Origin: Vulcanimicrobiota bacterium
Lineage (GTDB): Bacteria; Vulcanimicrobiota; Vulcanimicrobiia; Vulcanimicrobiales; Vulcanimicrobiaceae
Assembly: GCA_963786105.1 (NCBI GenBank)
Contig: CAWAXX010000013.1
Span: 32,001-96,000, forward strand
Direction of reading: 5' to 3'
DNA: 64,000 nucleotides
Position numbers and translations under genes: made by a program. Under the pieces are notes generated by a model. The model ran no database searches. It had not been told where the DNA came from and saw only the letters and a program-made list of their open reading frames with translations. How positions within the stretch are numbered: the first letter of the stretch is position 1; every line of letters begins with the position of its first letter. Shown here in pieces: positions 1-10,471 of this stretch.

Positions 1-489
1 AATAACGGCACCGGACAGTGCTCCAACAACGCCGACGGGACGACGAACGTCTATTACGGCGGTTGGGCGAGCCCGTACACCGATAACTACACGGCCGATC
101 CGTTCTATACGACGAACGGGTCCCAAGGGATGATCGAGCGTCGCTCGGCCGGCACGTCGGAGCGGCTGGTCGCAACCTTCACGTCGAACAACAATCGCAT
201 CGTCTTTCTAGCGGCCTACGGATGGCTCAACTACAGCAATGCCGCCGCGCCGAGCGCCAACACCAACGAGTACGATCTCGACGGCATTTACCGCTTCAGC
301 CAGTACAAGGGCACGGGCCCGTACAAAGGCTTGATGCTTCGCGATCGCTACTTCGTCAGAACGATACAAAACACGTACTGCGGTGCTTCCGATACGACGT
401 GTCCCACCGGCGCGGCCGTGGGCGCGCAGTTTCTCGGCGGACTGCCGCTGTTCAAGTACAATCGCGCGCAACTCGAATACGACTTCTAA
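1..489 (+). CDS. Outer-membrane porin (OprD-like), 3' part only
   Basis: Frame 1 is open from base 1; alternating aromatic beta-strand pattern; ends ...KYNRAQLEYDF with a terminal Phe typical of beta-barrels. Confidence 0.6.
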   Translation, partial: NNGTGQCSNNADGTTNVYYGGWASPYTDNYTADPFYTTNGSQGMIERRSAGTSERLVATFTSNNNRIVFLAAYGWLNYSNAAAPSANTNEYDLDGIYRFSQYKGTGPYKGLMLRDRYFVRTIQNTYCGASDTTCPTGAAVGAQFLGGLPLFKYNRAQLEYDF

Positions 490-530
490 CGAGGCCCGGC
501 GGCGAAATCGGGCTCCCACGAGCAAGACAG

Positions 531-562
531 CGACGGCCCCGAGTGCAATACTGGGGCCGTCG
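531..562 (+). promoter_or_regulatory. Inverted repeat immediately upstream of tdh
   Basis: CGACGGCCCC (531-540) / GGGGCCGTCG (553-562); TGCAATACT (extended -10-like) lies between the arms. Confidence 0.4.
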
Positions 563-570
563 TGCCTTCC

Positions 571-1620
571 ATGAAAGCGCTCTCAAAGCTGGGCTCTCAG
601 CCCGGTTTTACCTTGACAGACGTGCCGGTGCCGGAGATCGGGCCGACCGACGTGTTGATCCGCGTCGAGAAGGCCGGGGTCTGCGGGACCGATCAACACA
701 TTTATAGCTGGGATTCCTGGGCGCAGGCTCGGATAAAGCCTCCGCTCGTCGTCGGACACGAGTTCATGGGGACGGTGGCGGCGGTTGGAGGCGCCGTCCA
801 CTCGGTTCGGATCGGCGATCGCGTTTCTGCTGAGGGCCATATCGCGGACCTGACTTGTCTGCTGTGCCGAACGGGCCAGGCGCATATCTGCGAGCGGGTG
901 GAAATCATCGGCGTCGACCGCGACGGCGCGTTCGCCGAGTACATCGCCATGCCGGAGTACAATGTCTGGAAACTGGACCCGGCGATTCCGGACGAGTTTG
1001 CTGCGGTCTTCGACCCTCTCGGTAACGCCGTTCACACCGTGATGGCGGCGGGCGTGAGCGTCAAGAGCGTGGTCATCACCGGCGTGGGCTCGATTGGATT
1101 GATGGCCATCCCGGTGGCGCGCGCCGCCGGTGCGGCATCCGTGTACGCCATCGACGTCAATCCGAGCAAACTCGATCTCGCCAAGCGCCTCGGCGCCGAC
1201 GCGACCTTCCTCGCCACCCAGCCGGGACTCGTCGCCGACATCAAAGGCCGTACCAACGGCGACGGCGTGGACGTATTACTCGAAATGTCCGGCAGCGGCG
1301 TGGCGATCGATGCGGGACTGCAAATGGTGCGCAACGGCGGTACCGCGGCGTTGCTCGGGATTCCGGGCGACGCCGTCAACCTCAATCTTGCCGAACGCAT
1401 CATCTTCAAAGGATTGACCGTGCTCGGCATCAACGGTCGCCGCATGTTCGAGACGTGGTATCAGACGCAAGCGCTCGTCAAGAGCGGGCGAGTCGACTTA
1501 CGTTCCATCATTACGCACGTGCTGCCGTACACGCAGTTCGATCGCGCCTTCGAGCTCATGCGAAGCGGCGAAGCAGCCAAAATCGTGCTCGATTTCAAAG
1601 GGGATCTGGCAAAGCCATGA
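571..1620 (+). CDS. tdh: L-threonine 3-dehydrogenase
   Basis: CGTD, GHEF, Zn-ADH Cys cluster, KGLTVLGINGRRMFETW; adjacent to kbl. Start ATG 571 (alternative GTG 562). Confidence 0.95.
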   Translation: MKALSKLGSQPGFTLTDVPVPEIGPTDVLIRVEKAGVCGTDQHIYSWDSWAQARIKPPLVVGHEFMGTVAAVGGAVHSVRIGDRVSAEGHIADLTCLLCRTGQAHICERVEIIGVDRDGAFAEYIAMPEYNVWKLDPAIPDEFAAVFDPLGNAVHTVMAAGVSVKSVVITGVGSIGLMAIPVARAAGAASVYAIDVNPSKLDLAKRLGADATFLATQPGLVADIKGRTNGDGVDVLLEMSGSGVAIDAGLQMVRNGGTAALLGIPGDAVNLNLAERIIFKGLTVLGINGRRMFETWYQTQALVKSGRVDLRSIITHVLPYTQFDRAFELMRSGEAAKIVLDFKGDLAKP

Positions 1621-1630
1621 AAGCAAGACC

Positions 1631-2830
1631 ATGAATCAAGCCTTCGAAGCGAAGTTGCGCGGGGATCTCGAATCGCTCAAGCGCGCTGGTACGTACAAGC
1701 ACCTCCGGCACATTACGACGCCGATGGCGTCGGAAGTTCACATGGAAGAAGCCGGCGACGTTATCGTACTGTCGAGCAATAACTACTTGGGGCTCGCCGA
1801 TCAGCCCGAGGTCGTCGAAGCCGGGAAGCGCGGCTTGGATCGATACGGCGCCGGCACGGCTTCCGTGCGCTTCATCTGCGGAACGTTCGACATCCACCGC
1901 ACTCTCGAAGAGCGCGTTGCGGCGTTTTTTGCAACGGAGGCGTCGCTTTCGTACGTGGCGTGTTGGAACGCGAACACGGGACTCTTCGCAACCATCTGCG
2001 ATCAGGGTTCGGCAATCGTCTCGGACGAGCTGAATCATGCCTCGATCATCGACGGCGTTCGCTTGGCGTCGAAGGCGCGGCGCGAACGTTACAAGCACAG
2101 CGACATGCGCGAGTTACGGGAGAAGTTGGAAGCGGTTAAGGACTGTTTTCCGATCGTCGTCGTTACCGACGGCGTCTTCTCGATGGAAGGCGACTTGGCG
2201 AAACTGCCCGAGATCGTAGACCTTGCGAGGGAGTTCGGCACGATCGTGGTAGTCGACGACTCACACGGCACCGGCGTAATGGGGAAGAGCGGACGCGGAA
2301 CGATCGAGCATTATGGCCTCACTGGAAAGGTCGACGTTATTACGGGAACGCTCGGCAAAGCGCTGGGCGGGGCGGCGGGCGGCTTCGTCGCGGGCAGCGC
2401 GGCGTTGATCGACACGTTGATACAGCGGTCGCGTCCGCAGCTGTTTTCGAACGCATTACCCGCAACCGTCGCCTGCAGCGCGCTGGCCGCGATCGACTAT
2501 CTCGATTCGCACCCGGAGTTGGTCGCGAAGTTGCGGGATAACACCGCGTACTTTCGCGCCGGTCTCGAACGGATCGGGTACGACCCGCTGCCCGGCGAGA
2601 GCGCCATCGTCCCCATCATCGTCGGCGAAACGGCGTTTGCGATTACGATGAGCGACGAGCTGCTCAAACGCGGAGTCTTCGTAACCGGGTTTGGATTTCC
2701 GGTCGTCCCGGAAGGAACGGCGCGCATTCGCGTCCAGATCAGCGCAGCGCTCACCAACGACGAGATGGACCGTGCACTGGCCGCCTTCGAAGACGTTGGG
2801 AAAGCCTCCGGAATTCTCGGAAACCGCTAA
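1631..2830 (+). CDS. kbl: Glycine C-acetyltransferase (2-amino-3-ketobutyrate CoA ligase)
   Basis: SNNYLGL, ASVRFICGT, NHASIIDG, PLP lysine in GTLGKALGG; follows tdh. Confidence 0.93.
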   Translation: MNQAFEAKLRGDLESLKRAGTYKHLRHITTPMASEVHMEEAGDVIVLSSNNYLGLADQPEVVEAGKRGLDRYGAGTASVRFICGTFDIHRTLEERVAAFFATEASLSYVACWNANTGLFATICDQGSAIVSDELNHASIIDGVRLASKARRERYKHSDMRELREKLEAVKDCFPIVVVTDGVFSMEGDLAKLPEIVDLAREFGTIVVVDDSHGTGVMGKSGRGTIEHYGLTGKVDVITGTLGKALGGAAGGFVAGSAALIDTLIQRSRPQLFSNALPATVACSALAAIDYLDSHPELVAKLRDNTAYFRAGLERIGYDPLPGESAIVPIIVGETAFAITMSDELLKRGVFVTGFGFPVVPEGTARIRVQISAALTNDEMDRALAAFEDVGKASGILGNR

Positions 2831-2887
2831 ACCTGCGCGGCCGGCGACCGCCGGGTTTCTTTTGCTGCGCGGCGAAAAAAGGCCGGC

Positions 2888-5404
2888 ATGAATCGCGCGT
2901 ACAGACTCTTCATCGCTTTGCTTTTGGTTTCGTCGTTCCGGCCCTATATAGCCGTCGCTCAAACGCCCGCTTCCGCACCGGATGCTCCGGCAAGTTACGA
3001 GACGTTTGCGAAGGGCGCAAAAGTCTTGCCTGGACTCATTTCGGTTCTGCGCAAGGGAGGGAAAGTCTATCTCGTGCTGCTCAAAAGCCAGCTGGGACAA
3101 GACTTCATCGAAACGTCGGTCCCGGCAACCGGCTTGGGTGGTTTCGGGCCGGCACCCGGCGAGCCGTACGTGGCGCCCGCTCGAATCATGCGGTTCGAAC
3201 GCGTCGACGATGCCGTCGTGATGCGCTGGCCGAACACGTTCGCGCGGGTCGACAAAGGCTCGCCGGAAATGATTAGCGCGCAAGCGTCGCTCCCGAGTTC
3301 GGTAGTCGCAGTCGCACCGATCGTGGCCGAGTCGCCCACGTCGGTGGTTATTTCAGCCGCTCCATTTCTCGGCGACGTTGCCGATCTCGGTACGCAATTT
3401 CGAGCGTTGACGAAGAACCCGGCGCACGGATACCGTCTCGACGCATCGCGAACGTTCTTTATCGAAGCGAAAGCGTTTCCTCAGAACACGATGCTGCGGG
3501 TAAGCCAAACGTGGGCCAACGACGCGCCCGACACCATCGACAACGCCCCCGACGCGCGCAGTATCGAAGTCAAGATGACGTATAATATCATCGCCGCACC
3601 CCAGAACGGATACATGCCGCGAATTGCCGATCCTCGCGTCGGATACTTCGAGCAGCCTTTGATCGATTTCCAAAGCGACAAGAACCCGTCGCGCAACGTG
3701 TATTACTTAAGCCGCTGGAATTTCATGCCCGAGCATCCCGGCCTGCCGTCTACGGCGAAAAATCCGCTGATCTTCACGCTGAGCAACGACGTTCCGCTTC
3801 AATACCGGGATACGGTGCGGAGCGCTCTTCTCACGTGGAACGACGCGTTAGCTCGCGTCGGCATCCTCAACGCCGTACAAGTCCTGCAGCAACCGGACGA
3901 CCCAAGTTTCGACGTCGACGACGTCCGGCACAACATGGTCAGCTGGTTCGACGCACCGATCCCGCAATACGGTGCCGAGGCCCTGATCATCACCGATCCA
4001 CGTACGGGCGAAGAAATCAACGCCGGCATCAACGTCGATGCCGTCGTGGGCTTGAGCGGCCGGAACTACCGATACTTCGTGGCGCCCGCTCGCGGCTTAC
4101 CCGATAGCGAGGAGCTGGAGAAAGCGTTCACGCTTCGGCAGATTCGAGCCATCGTGCTGCACGAGTCCGGACACGATCTTGGCTTACAGCACAATTTCAT
4201 CGGCTCGATGGGTTACACCGCCCAGCAGCTCCAAGACCCACAGTTCACGCGCACCCACGGAGTGGCGACGTCGGTCATGGAGTACGCGCCGATCAACGTC
4301 TGGCCGCGCGGCACGAAACAGGGTGGCTACGAACAGCTGGTGCTGGGGCCCTACGACTTTTACGCCGTGCGATTCGGGTACGAGACCGTGCCGAACGCGA
4401 CCACGCCGGAGTCGGAAGTCCCCTCGCTGAACCGCCTAGCGGCGCGGTGGTCCGATCCCACCTACCGTTTTGCTTCCGACGAGGATGTGTTTTTCAACGA
4501 CGGCCATGCCATCGATCCTCGCGTTCAGCAGAACGACTTGACGAGCCACCCGCTTGTGTGGGAACGGACGCAGCTTGCGATGCTCCACGATATTATGAAT
4601 GCCGTCGACCGGCGCTTTCCAAAAAACGGTGAAGCCTACGACGAGGCACGGCGGGCATTCTTGCTGCCGTTACGCTTTTACGTGCGATATGCCGCCATGC
4701 CCGCGCATATCATCGGCGGTGAATACATCTCGCGGGCGAACGCGGGAGACCCCCACGCCGCCACGCCGCTTGCGCCGGTGTCGCGCTCGGACGAGTATCA
4801 GGCGTGGCGCGTTCTTCAAAACTCGCTGTTTTCCGATGCCGCGTGGCGTTTCAGTCCGCGGGTTTTGCGGACCCTGACCTACAGCGAGGTCAGCTCGCTG
4901 GGTCCCGGCGGGACGTGGATTTACGACCCATCGCCTCGGCACGACGTCGACGTGGTCGCCATCGCCGGCACGACGCAAGAGCGAGTGCTCGACGAGTTGT
5001 TCTCGCCGTTGACGCTGGCGCGCATCGACGAGTTATCGACGAAGTATTCTCCGGGAGCGGCGATGACGCTCACGGATCTCTTCGATTGGACGCGGGGCGG
5101 AATCTTCGGCGATATCTCAAACGGCACGGCCGCGCGGGCCGGCGTCGTGCTCCGAAACGCACAGGTAAATTTCGCGAAGCGCCTTGCGAAGTTGTGGACT
5201 TCGCCAGCGCCCGGCACGCCGCCCGACGCCCAGGCGTTAGCGCGCTTACAACTCGAGTACCTGGTCAACGATTCGGCGAGTGCGCTGGGGCGGTCGAAGC
5301 TCGACGAGCTGACTCGCGCGCATCTCGAGGCCCTCGAGGCGTTATCGAAACAGGCTTTGGAAGCGCGAGCGACGATCGCGCCTCCCGCGCAAGCCGGACC
5401 GTAA
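2888..5404 (+). CDS. Secreted zinc-dependent metalloprotease (DUF5117/DUF4953-type metzincin)
   Basis: Signal peptide; PRIADPRVGYF; HESGHDLGLQHN zinc motif; SVMEY Met-turn. Confidence 0.88.
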   Translation: MNRAYRLFIALLLVSSFRPYIAVAQTPASAPDAPASYETFAKGAKVLPGLISVLRKGGKVYLVLLKSQLGQDFIETSVPATGLGGFGPAPGEPYVAPARIMRFERVDDAVVMRWPNTFARVDKGSPEMISAQASLPSSVVAVAPIVAESPTSVVISAAPFLGDVADLGTQFRALTKNPAHGYRLDASRTFFIEAKAFPQNTMLRVSQTWANDAPDTIDNAPDARSIEVKMTYNIIAAPQNGYMPRIADPRVGYFEQPLIDFQSDKNPSRNVYYLSRWNFMPEHPGLPSTAKNPLIFTLSNDVPLQYRDTVRSALLTWNDALARVGILNAVQVLQQPDDPSFDVDDVRHNMVSWFDAPIPQYGAEALIITDPRTGEEINAGINVDAVVGLSGRNYRYFVAPARGLPDSEELEKAFTLRQIRAIVLHESGHDLGLQHNFIGSMGYTAQQLQDPQFTRTHGVATSVMEYAPINVWPRGTKQGGYEQLVLGPYDFYAVRFGYETVPNATTPESEVPSLNRLAARWSDPTYRFASDEDVFFNDGHAIDPRVQQNDLTSHPLVWERTQLAMLHDIMNAVDRRFPKNGEAYDEARRAFLLPLRFYVRYAAMPAHIIGGEYISRANAGDPHAATPLAPVSRSDEYQAWRVLQNSLFSDAAWRFSPRVLRTLTYSEVSSLGPGGTWIYDPSPRHDVDVVAIAGTTQERVLDELFSPLTLARIDELSTKYSPGAAMTLTDLFDWTRGGIFGDISNGTAARAGVVLRNAQVNFAKRLAKLWTSPAPGTPPDAQALARLQLEYLVNDSASALGRSKLDELTRAHLEALEALSKQALEARATIAPPAQAGP

Positions 5405-5408
5405 CGGA

Positions 5409-6098
5409 TCATGGCTCCTCGGCAACTCTCCAGGTGACTTGGCGAACGTCGGGCCGGTCTGAAAGGTGCGACGCTAGCTTTTGAACGGCGCTGTCGTCGC
5501 GATGGAGCGATACGACCTCCGCGCGGATGTCTTCGCCCTCCTCGGTCGTTTCGGTCGAGATGGCGTGCAGGTTCAAGGGCGAGGCGTTGACGGCTTGGAC
5601 CACCAGCGCGCGTACGTCTGCCGGCGACAGGTCGTTGACGACGATGCGGAGGCGATAAGTCGTTTTACCGCGTCGCTCCTGATAGGCGACGGCTCGATCG
5701 TCGATGATGGCTACCAGCGGTTGCATCAGCAGATTGATAGCGATCATGGCTCCTGCGCCCATAACGGCATCGGCGTAGAGGCCGACGCCGGCAAGCGCAC
5801 CGACTGCGGCACAAGCCCAAATCGTTGCCGCGGTATTGAGTCCGCTGACGTTGGTGCCTTCTTTGAGAATAACGCCTCCCGCCAGGAAGCCTACGCCCGA
5901 GACGATGTTTGCGAGGATTCGCGTCGAGTTGGCACCGGCGTAGGCCGTGTCGAGCAGCGCAAAGAGGGTTGCGCCGGTGGTCACGAGGGCGCTCGTTTGC
6001 AGGCCGGCGGCGCGTTGGCGCCACTGGCGTTCGAAGCCGATTGCCGAACCGAGCAAAGCGCCGACGAGCAACCGCAACGCGAAGGTCGTGATGGTCAT
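5409..6098 (-). CDS. MgtC/SapB family membrane protein with C-terminal ACT-like domain
   Basis: IGFERQWRQRAAGL, RILANIVSGVGFLAGG, GLNTAATIW; probable start ATG 6098 overlapping the marC stop. Confidence 0.92.
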   Translation of the reverse strand: MTITTFALRLLVGALLGSAIGFERQWRQRAAGLQTSALVTTGATLFALLDTAYAGANSTRILANIVSGVGFLAGGVILKEGTNVSGLNTAATIWACAAVGALAGVGLYADAVMGAGAMIAINLLMQPLVAIIDDRAVAYQERRGKTTYRLRIVVNDLSPADVRALVVQAVNASPLNLHAISTETTEEGEDIRAEVVSLHRDDSAVQKLASHLSDRPDVRQVTWRVAEEP

Positions 6099-6718
6099 TT
6101 TATCATGTGTTCCGTCACCCGGATTGCAAAAATAACGATCTGGATACTCAGCGCCACTTGCAAGACGAGCAGAACCACGCCCAGCAGCGCGAGCGGGAGC
6201 CACAGTACGGTGATCAGCGGTTTGGCAAAAAGCATGACGAGGTAATCGATGACGATCACCGCGGTGATGCAACCGAGGATCTGCCAGCGAGCATCGGGTC
6301 CCAGCGCCAGTAAGGTGATCGCGATTGCGAGCCCGGCCGGCGTCACGATGTTGGGGAAAGCCAGCGGAAAGATTGCCATCGCCAGAGTCGGAGTCGGAGC
6401 GTCGGCCGGGGGCTGCGTATCGTACAAAGCGATTAAATCGCGGAGCGCTACCACGAAGAGCAGGATGCCGGCCGTAAACGCGATCGCGGGCACACTGACC
6501 TGCCACCTTCCCATGAGCGCCGAACCCAGCACGGCGCTGACCACTGCCGCGATCAGAGCAGTAACGAACGTTCGCGTGGCCAGTTGCGTCCGGAACGAGG
6601 CCTCCGAGTTGCGGGTCAGCTGCGCGAACGAGCGGAGCACCGTAAACGGTCCCAGCGTGATGAAGAGAAAGATGAAGATCTCGCCGAGTCCGAGATTTCC
6701 GTTAAACGTAGGTATCAT
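6095..6718 (-). CDS. MarC family integral membrane protein
   Basis: Six hydrophobic segments; AIFPLAFPNIVTPAG resembles the MarC PLAxP signature. Confidence 0.8.
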   Translation of the reverse strand: MIPTFNGNLGLGEIFIFLFITLGPFTVLRSFAQLTRNSEASFRTQLATRTFVTALIAAVVSAVLGSALMGRWQVSVPAIAFTAGILLFVVALRDLIALYDTQPPADAPTPTLAMAIFPLAFPNIVTPAGLAIAITLLALGPDARWQILGCITAVIVIDYLVMLFAKPLITVLWLPLALLGVVLLVLQVALSIQIVIFAIRVTEHMIK

Positions 6719-6810
6719 CCGGCCGCGCTCCCCTACCTCAATGGGCTCTCGGCGATTAGTGCGACGGATTCCCTACGGCGCCTGCTCGATTAGTCTGCCC
6801 TTACGTAGCG

Positions 6811-7080
6811 TTACGTCAGGGCTTCGTGCCAGTCGCGAACGTACCAGTTCGCAACGACGCCGTTGATGACGAATGGATCGCCCTGGGCAAATTCTCGCGC
6901 CGCCTCGCGCGTCGTGAAGATGGCCATCGCGCCTTCCTCAGGCTTGCCGAACGGCCCGACCATCAAGAGCGTGCCCCGCGAGAAGAACTCTTGCCATCGA
7001 GCGCGATGAGCCGCCACGTGTAGCGCCGCCTGCGAGAGCACGTCGTCGTTCGATGACTCGTAGAATAGCACGTACTTCAC
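6811..7080 (-). CDS. YciI family protein
   Basis: HRA...GPF...DPFV...VRDW; GTG start at 7080 with GGAGG upstream. Confidence 0.85.
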   Translation of the reverse strand: MKYVLFYESSNDDVLSQAALHVAAHRARWQEFFSRGTLLMVGPFGKPEEGAMAIFTTREAAREFAQGDPFVINGVVANWYVRDWHEALT

Positions 7081-7165
7081 GTTCGTCCGGTTCCTCCGTC
7101 TGGTGCGATGAACGGTTCGGTAAATGCCGGCAAGGCATCCCGTTGGTTTATGCGAAGCTGAGGCC

Positions 7166-7843
7166 ATGAAGGTCCTGCCGTCCTCGCACGCTGTCAGAAA
7201 TTGGATGGAGACCGTCGCCATCGTGGCGGCCGGCGTATGGGCGTTCTACATTTTTATTTACACGGATCGCATCAAACCGCAGCAGGAGCCGCCGCGGGGG
7301 CTCGTCGCCCTGTCGATGGAACGCGCTGGCAGTAACGGGGACTTCATTGCGGTGCGCGTGAGTGCGCGCCTTCAAAACATCGGTGCGCCGCGCGTGCGGA
7401 TCCTTTCGGTCGAATATCGCATCGACGGTGCCCGGATCGAGGCGACGAGCCACGGCGGCAAACCTTCGGCGACGTTTTCCGGCGATTCGTGGGTGTATCG
7501 AGCGGACTACACCTATGCGTCGATGCGCCCCGTGTATGCGCGGCTCGACATGTACTCCGGGACGCGCCCTGGTGTTTCTTCGTACAACTACATCAATTCG
7601 GGCGGCATTTACGAGGATCACTTCGTCATTTACGCGCGCAAGGGCCGGTTCGACGTGCTGCGCGGCATGATGCACGTTTACTATACGAAACAGGACGCAC
7701 GCAGTATACCCTTTGCCGTCGTTCGAAACGCCGATGGGATGAAAGAAGCAATTCCGAGGCAGCCAGAAGACTGCGGGATCGAAGAGACCGATCGTTGTCC
7801 CGCGAGCAGCTCGCTTTCGGATGCCGAGCTTCCATTGTGGTGA
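7166..7843 (+). CDS. Hypothetical protein with N-terminal transmembrane anchor
   Basis: 225-aa ORF; TM segment VAIVAAGVWAFYIFIY; followed by a hairpin. Confidence 0.6.
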   Translation: MKVLPSSHAVRNWMETVAIVAAGVWAFYIFIYTDRIKPQQEPPRGLVALSMERAGSNGDFIAVRVSARLQNIGAPRVRILSVEYRIDGARIEATSHGGKPSATFSGDSWVYRADYTYASMRPVYARLDMYSGTRPGVSSYNYINSGGIYEDHFVIYARKGRFDVLRGMMHVYYTKQDARSIPFAVVRNADGMKEAIPRQPEDCGIEETDRCPASSSLSDAELPLW

Positions 7844-7846
7844 GCG

Positions 7847-7884
7847 AAAAAAATAAGCAGGTTCGAAAAACGCTTCGAACCTGC
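7847..7884 (-). terminator. Intrinsic terminator downstream of tRNA-fMet
   Basis: GCAGGTTCGAA / TTCGAACCTGC stem (7857-7884); A-run 7847-7856 gives a U-tract on the minus strand. Confidence 0.8.
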
Positions 7885-7890
7885 CTGAAT

Positions 7891-7967
<77 letters not shown>

Positions 7968-8063
7968 GCGAGAACAACCCTAATACGACGGCTAGGGTTG
8001 CGCCCCTTTACCTGGCGGGACCGTAGCACGGGTCCGCGCCGGCGACAACGAATGCGAGCGGAC

Positions 8064-9137
8064 ATGGCGTTGGCGCGCGCGATCCCGAAGGTCCATCTCC
8101 ACTGCCACCTCGAGGGAAGCCTTCGCGGTTCGACTTTCGTCGAGCTTGCCGACAAGCATGGCGTCGCGCTGCGCTACCGTTCCGAGGGCCGGGAGACCGG
8201 CGCATTTACCGGCGAGCCGAGCGAGCTGGTCGATCGCGCCGATCCCTATCGCTTTCGCGATTTTCGAGAGTTCTTGCTGGCATTTGCGGCCGTGAGCCGG
8301 ACCCTGGCCGAACCGGGCGATTACGCGCGGCTGGCGCGCGAGTTTGTCGAGGACGCGTTGGCGCAAAACGTCATGTACGGAGAGCTCTTCGTTTCTCCTT
8401 CGGTGTGGACGTTTTTTCATCGATCGCTCGACGTGGACGCGGCCTTCGCCGCAATCGTCACCGAACTGAGAGCCGCGCGTCCGCATGCGGAGTTCAAGCT
8501 CATCGTGGATTTGACTCGAAACTTCGGCGACTCCAATGCGATGCGCACGGCGAAACTCGCGACGTCGCTGACCGATCTCGACGTGATCGGTATCGGATTA
8601 GGGGGAGACGAGGCGCGATTCCCAGCCGAACTCTTTGTTGACGCGTTCGCCTACGCACGGGCCGCCGGACTGCACTGCGTCGCCCATGCGGGCGAGGCCG
8701 CCGGCTCCGAGAGCGTCAATGCCGCCGTTGCGCACCTGCGCGCGGAACGCATTGGCCACGGCATCGCCGCGTTGCGCGACCCGTCCGTGGTCGAACTGCT
8801 CGCCAACGAGCGCATCCCGCTCGAAATTTGCCCGACGTCAAACCGGATCACCGGCATCGCCGCGCCGGACGATCGCGCCGCCTTCCTGGAGTTCGACCGC
8901 GCCGGATGCATCGTCACCATCGATGCCGACGACCCCGCGATGTTTCGTACGTCGATCGAAGCCGAGTATGCCATCGTCGAGCGCCTTGCCGGTGCCGATA
9001 CCCTCACGCGGTACGTGCGCAACGCGATCGATGCGAGTTTTGCCGAACCGCTACGCAAGCAGGCAATGCGGGATCGTCTGGCCACGGAACTCGAAGCCGT
9101 GCGTCGAAGCAAGGGTACCTCGCATGTCGGGCCATAG
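8064..9137 (+). CDS. add: Adenosine/adenine deaminase
   Basis: PKVHLHCHLEGS, HAGE, ERIGHG, CPTSN, DDP. Confidence 0.92.
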   Translation: MALARAIPKVHLHCHLEGSLRGSTFVELADKHGVALRYRSEGRETGAFTGEPSELVDRADPYRFRDFREFLLAFAAVSRTLAEPGDYARLAREFVEDALAQNVMYGELFVSPSVWTFFHRSLDVDAAFAAIVTELRAARPHAEFKLIVDLTRNFGDSNAMRTAKLATSLTDLDVIGIGLGGDEARFPAELFVDAFAYARAAGLHCVAHAGEAAGSESVNAAVAHLRAERIGHGIAALRDPSVVELLANERIPLEICPTSNRITGIAAPDDRAAFLEFDRAGCIVTIDADDPAMFRTSIEAEYAIVERLAGADTLTRYVRNAIDASFAEPLRKQAMRDRLATELEAVRRSKGTSHVGP

Positions 9138-9798
9138 CCACTTCGCCGAGTCGATCGAGGAGTATCTCGAAGCCGTCTATCGCCTCGAGCACGAGGGCCC
9201 AGGCGTCACGACGTCGGGACTCGCTTCGGCATTAGGCGTCGCACCGGCGTCCGTCTCCGGCATGCTCAAGAAACTCGACAAGGAGGGGTACGTCGAGTAC
9301 GTGGCGCGCGGCGAGGTCAAGCTCACGCGCAAAGGTTTGGAAGTCGGCGTTCGCGTGTTGCGGCGGCATCGTCTCGCCGAGCGCTTGCTGACCGACGTGC
9401 TCGGAATGCCTTGGGACGAAGTCCACGCCGAAGCGTGTATGCTCGAGCATGCGATTTCGCAGCGAGTCGAGGACCGGCTCGTTGCGCTGCTCGGAGATCC
9501 GCAAACCTGTCCGCACGGCCATCCGGTGCCGCCTCGCGATTTGAGCGAGCCCGCGCGCACCGGCGTTCCGCTCGCGCAAGTTGATGAAGGACGCCGCGCA
9601 GTGGTCAGCGGCGTTACCGACGAGGTTCCGGAGATCCTGCGTTATCTCGGCGAGGTCGGACTGCGTCCCGGCGCGCCTGTTCGGATCGTCGAGAAGGCAC
9701 CGTTGGGCGGCCCGGTCACCATCGAAATCGGTAACGAACGCCACGCGATTTCGCTCGAGCTCGCTCGCATGATCATGGTCGCGAACGACGGCACGTAA
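9124..9798 (+). CDS. DtxR/MntR family metal-dependent repressor with C-terminal FeoA/SH3 domain
   Basis: EEYLEAVY, RRHRLAERLL, HAEACMLEH, CPHGHP; ATG 9124. Confidence 0.93.
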   Translation: MSGHSHFAESIEEYLEAVYRLEHEGPGVTTSGLASALGVAPASVSGMLKKLDKEGYVEYVARGEVKLTRKGLEVGVRVLRRHRLAERLLTDVLGMPWDEVHAEACMLEHAISQRVEDRLVALLGDPQTCPHGHPVPPRDLSEPARTGVPLAQVDEGRRAVVSGVTDEVPEILRYLGEVGLRPGAPVRIVEKAPLGGPVTIEIGNERHAISLELARMIMVANDGT

Positions 9799-9804
9799 CC
9801 GCAC

Positions 9805-10464
9805 ATGATGACGCGCTTTCTGATCGTGCTCAACGCGATCGGGTTCTTATGGGAAATCAGAGTCGGTGGGCCGGGAATTCTGTCGTTTTCGGGAGGCGGC
9901 AACATGGAGCGCGTCCTTCAGGAAGGCTCGCTCTATCCGGCCGCCGTCCTTCAGGATGGTCAGTGGTGGCGCATCATCACCAGCGCATTCCTCCACGGCG
10001 GTCTGATCCACATCGCCGTGAACATGGCGTCGTTATGGTTTCTCGGTCGCTTCATCGAGTATGCCGTCGGGCCGTGGCGCATGTTGTTCATCTATATCGT
10101 GTCGCTGGTTGCGGCGGGATTGGGCGTCGTCTACTTTAGCGCGCCGCTGGTCCCGACGGTCGGCGCGAGCGGCGCGATTTTCGGACTCTTCGGCGCCCTT
10201 TTTGCCATCGGTCTGAAACTCGGCAAGCCCGGCATGGATCTCGTGCGGGCAAATCTCGGCATCCTGGTTCTCAACCTCGTGATCACCTTCACCGTTCCGG
10301 CGATCTCCTGGCAGGCCCACATTTCGGGCTTGCTCGCGGGATTCGTGTTGACGTTTGCGATCTACGCGCCGCCACGACGACTTCAGCCGGTCGTCGTCGA
10401 CGCAAGCACGGGCACGACCCTCGAAACCGAGTACGAAGCGCCTCGCGACCCGCATCAAATATAG
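9805..10464 (+). CDS. Rhomboid intramembrane serine protease
   Basis: WWR, FLHGGLIHIAVN, GASG, AHISG. Confidence 0.93.
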   Translation: MMTRFLIVLNAIGFLWEIRVGGPGILSFSGGGNMERVLQEGSLYPAAVLQDGQWWRIITSAFLHGGLIHIAVNMASLWFLGRFIEYAVGPWRMLFIYIVSLVAAGLGVVYFSAPLVPTVGASGAIFGLFGALFAIGLKLGKPGMDLVRANLGILVLNLVITFTVPAISWQAHISGLLAGFVLTFAIYAPPRRLQPVVVDASTGTTLETEYEAPRDPHQI

Positions 10465-10471
10465 CTTAGAA

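Noticed and set aside
5380..5404. SecM-like arrest motif (QAGP) at the metalloprotease C-terminus
   Set aside because: No Arg, and the next gene is convergent, so there is nothing to regulate
6719..6810. Mg or Mn riboswitch upstream of marC-mgtC
   Set aside because: The 92-nt gap lacks M-box or yybP-ykoY consensus; GGGGAG is explained as the RBS
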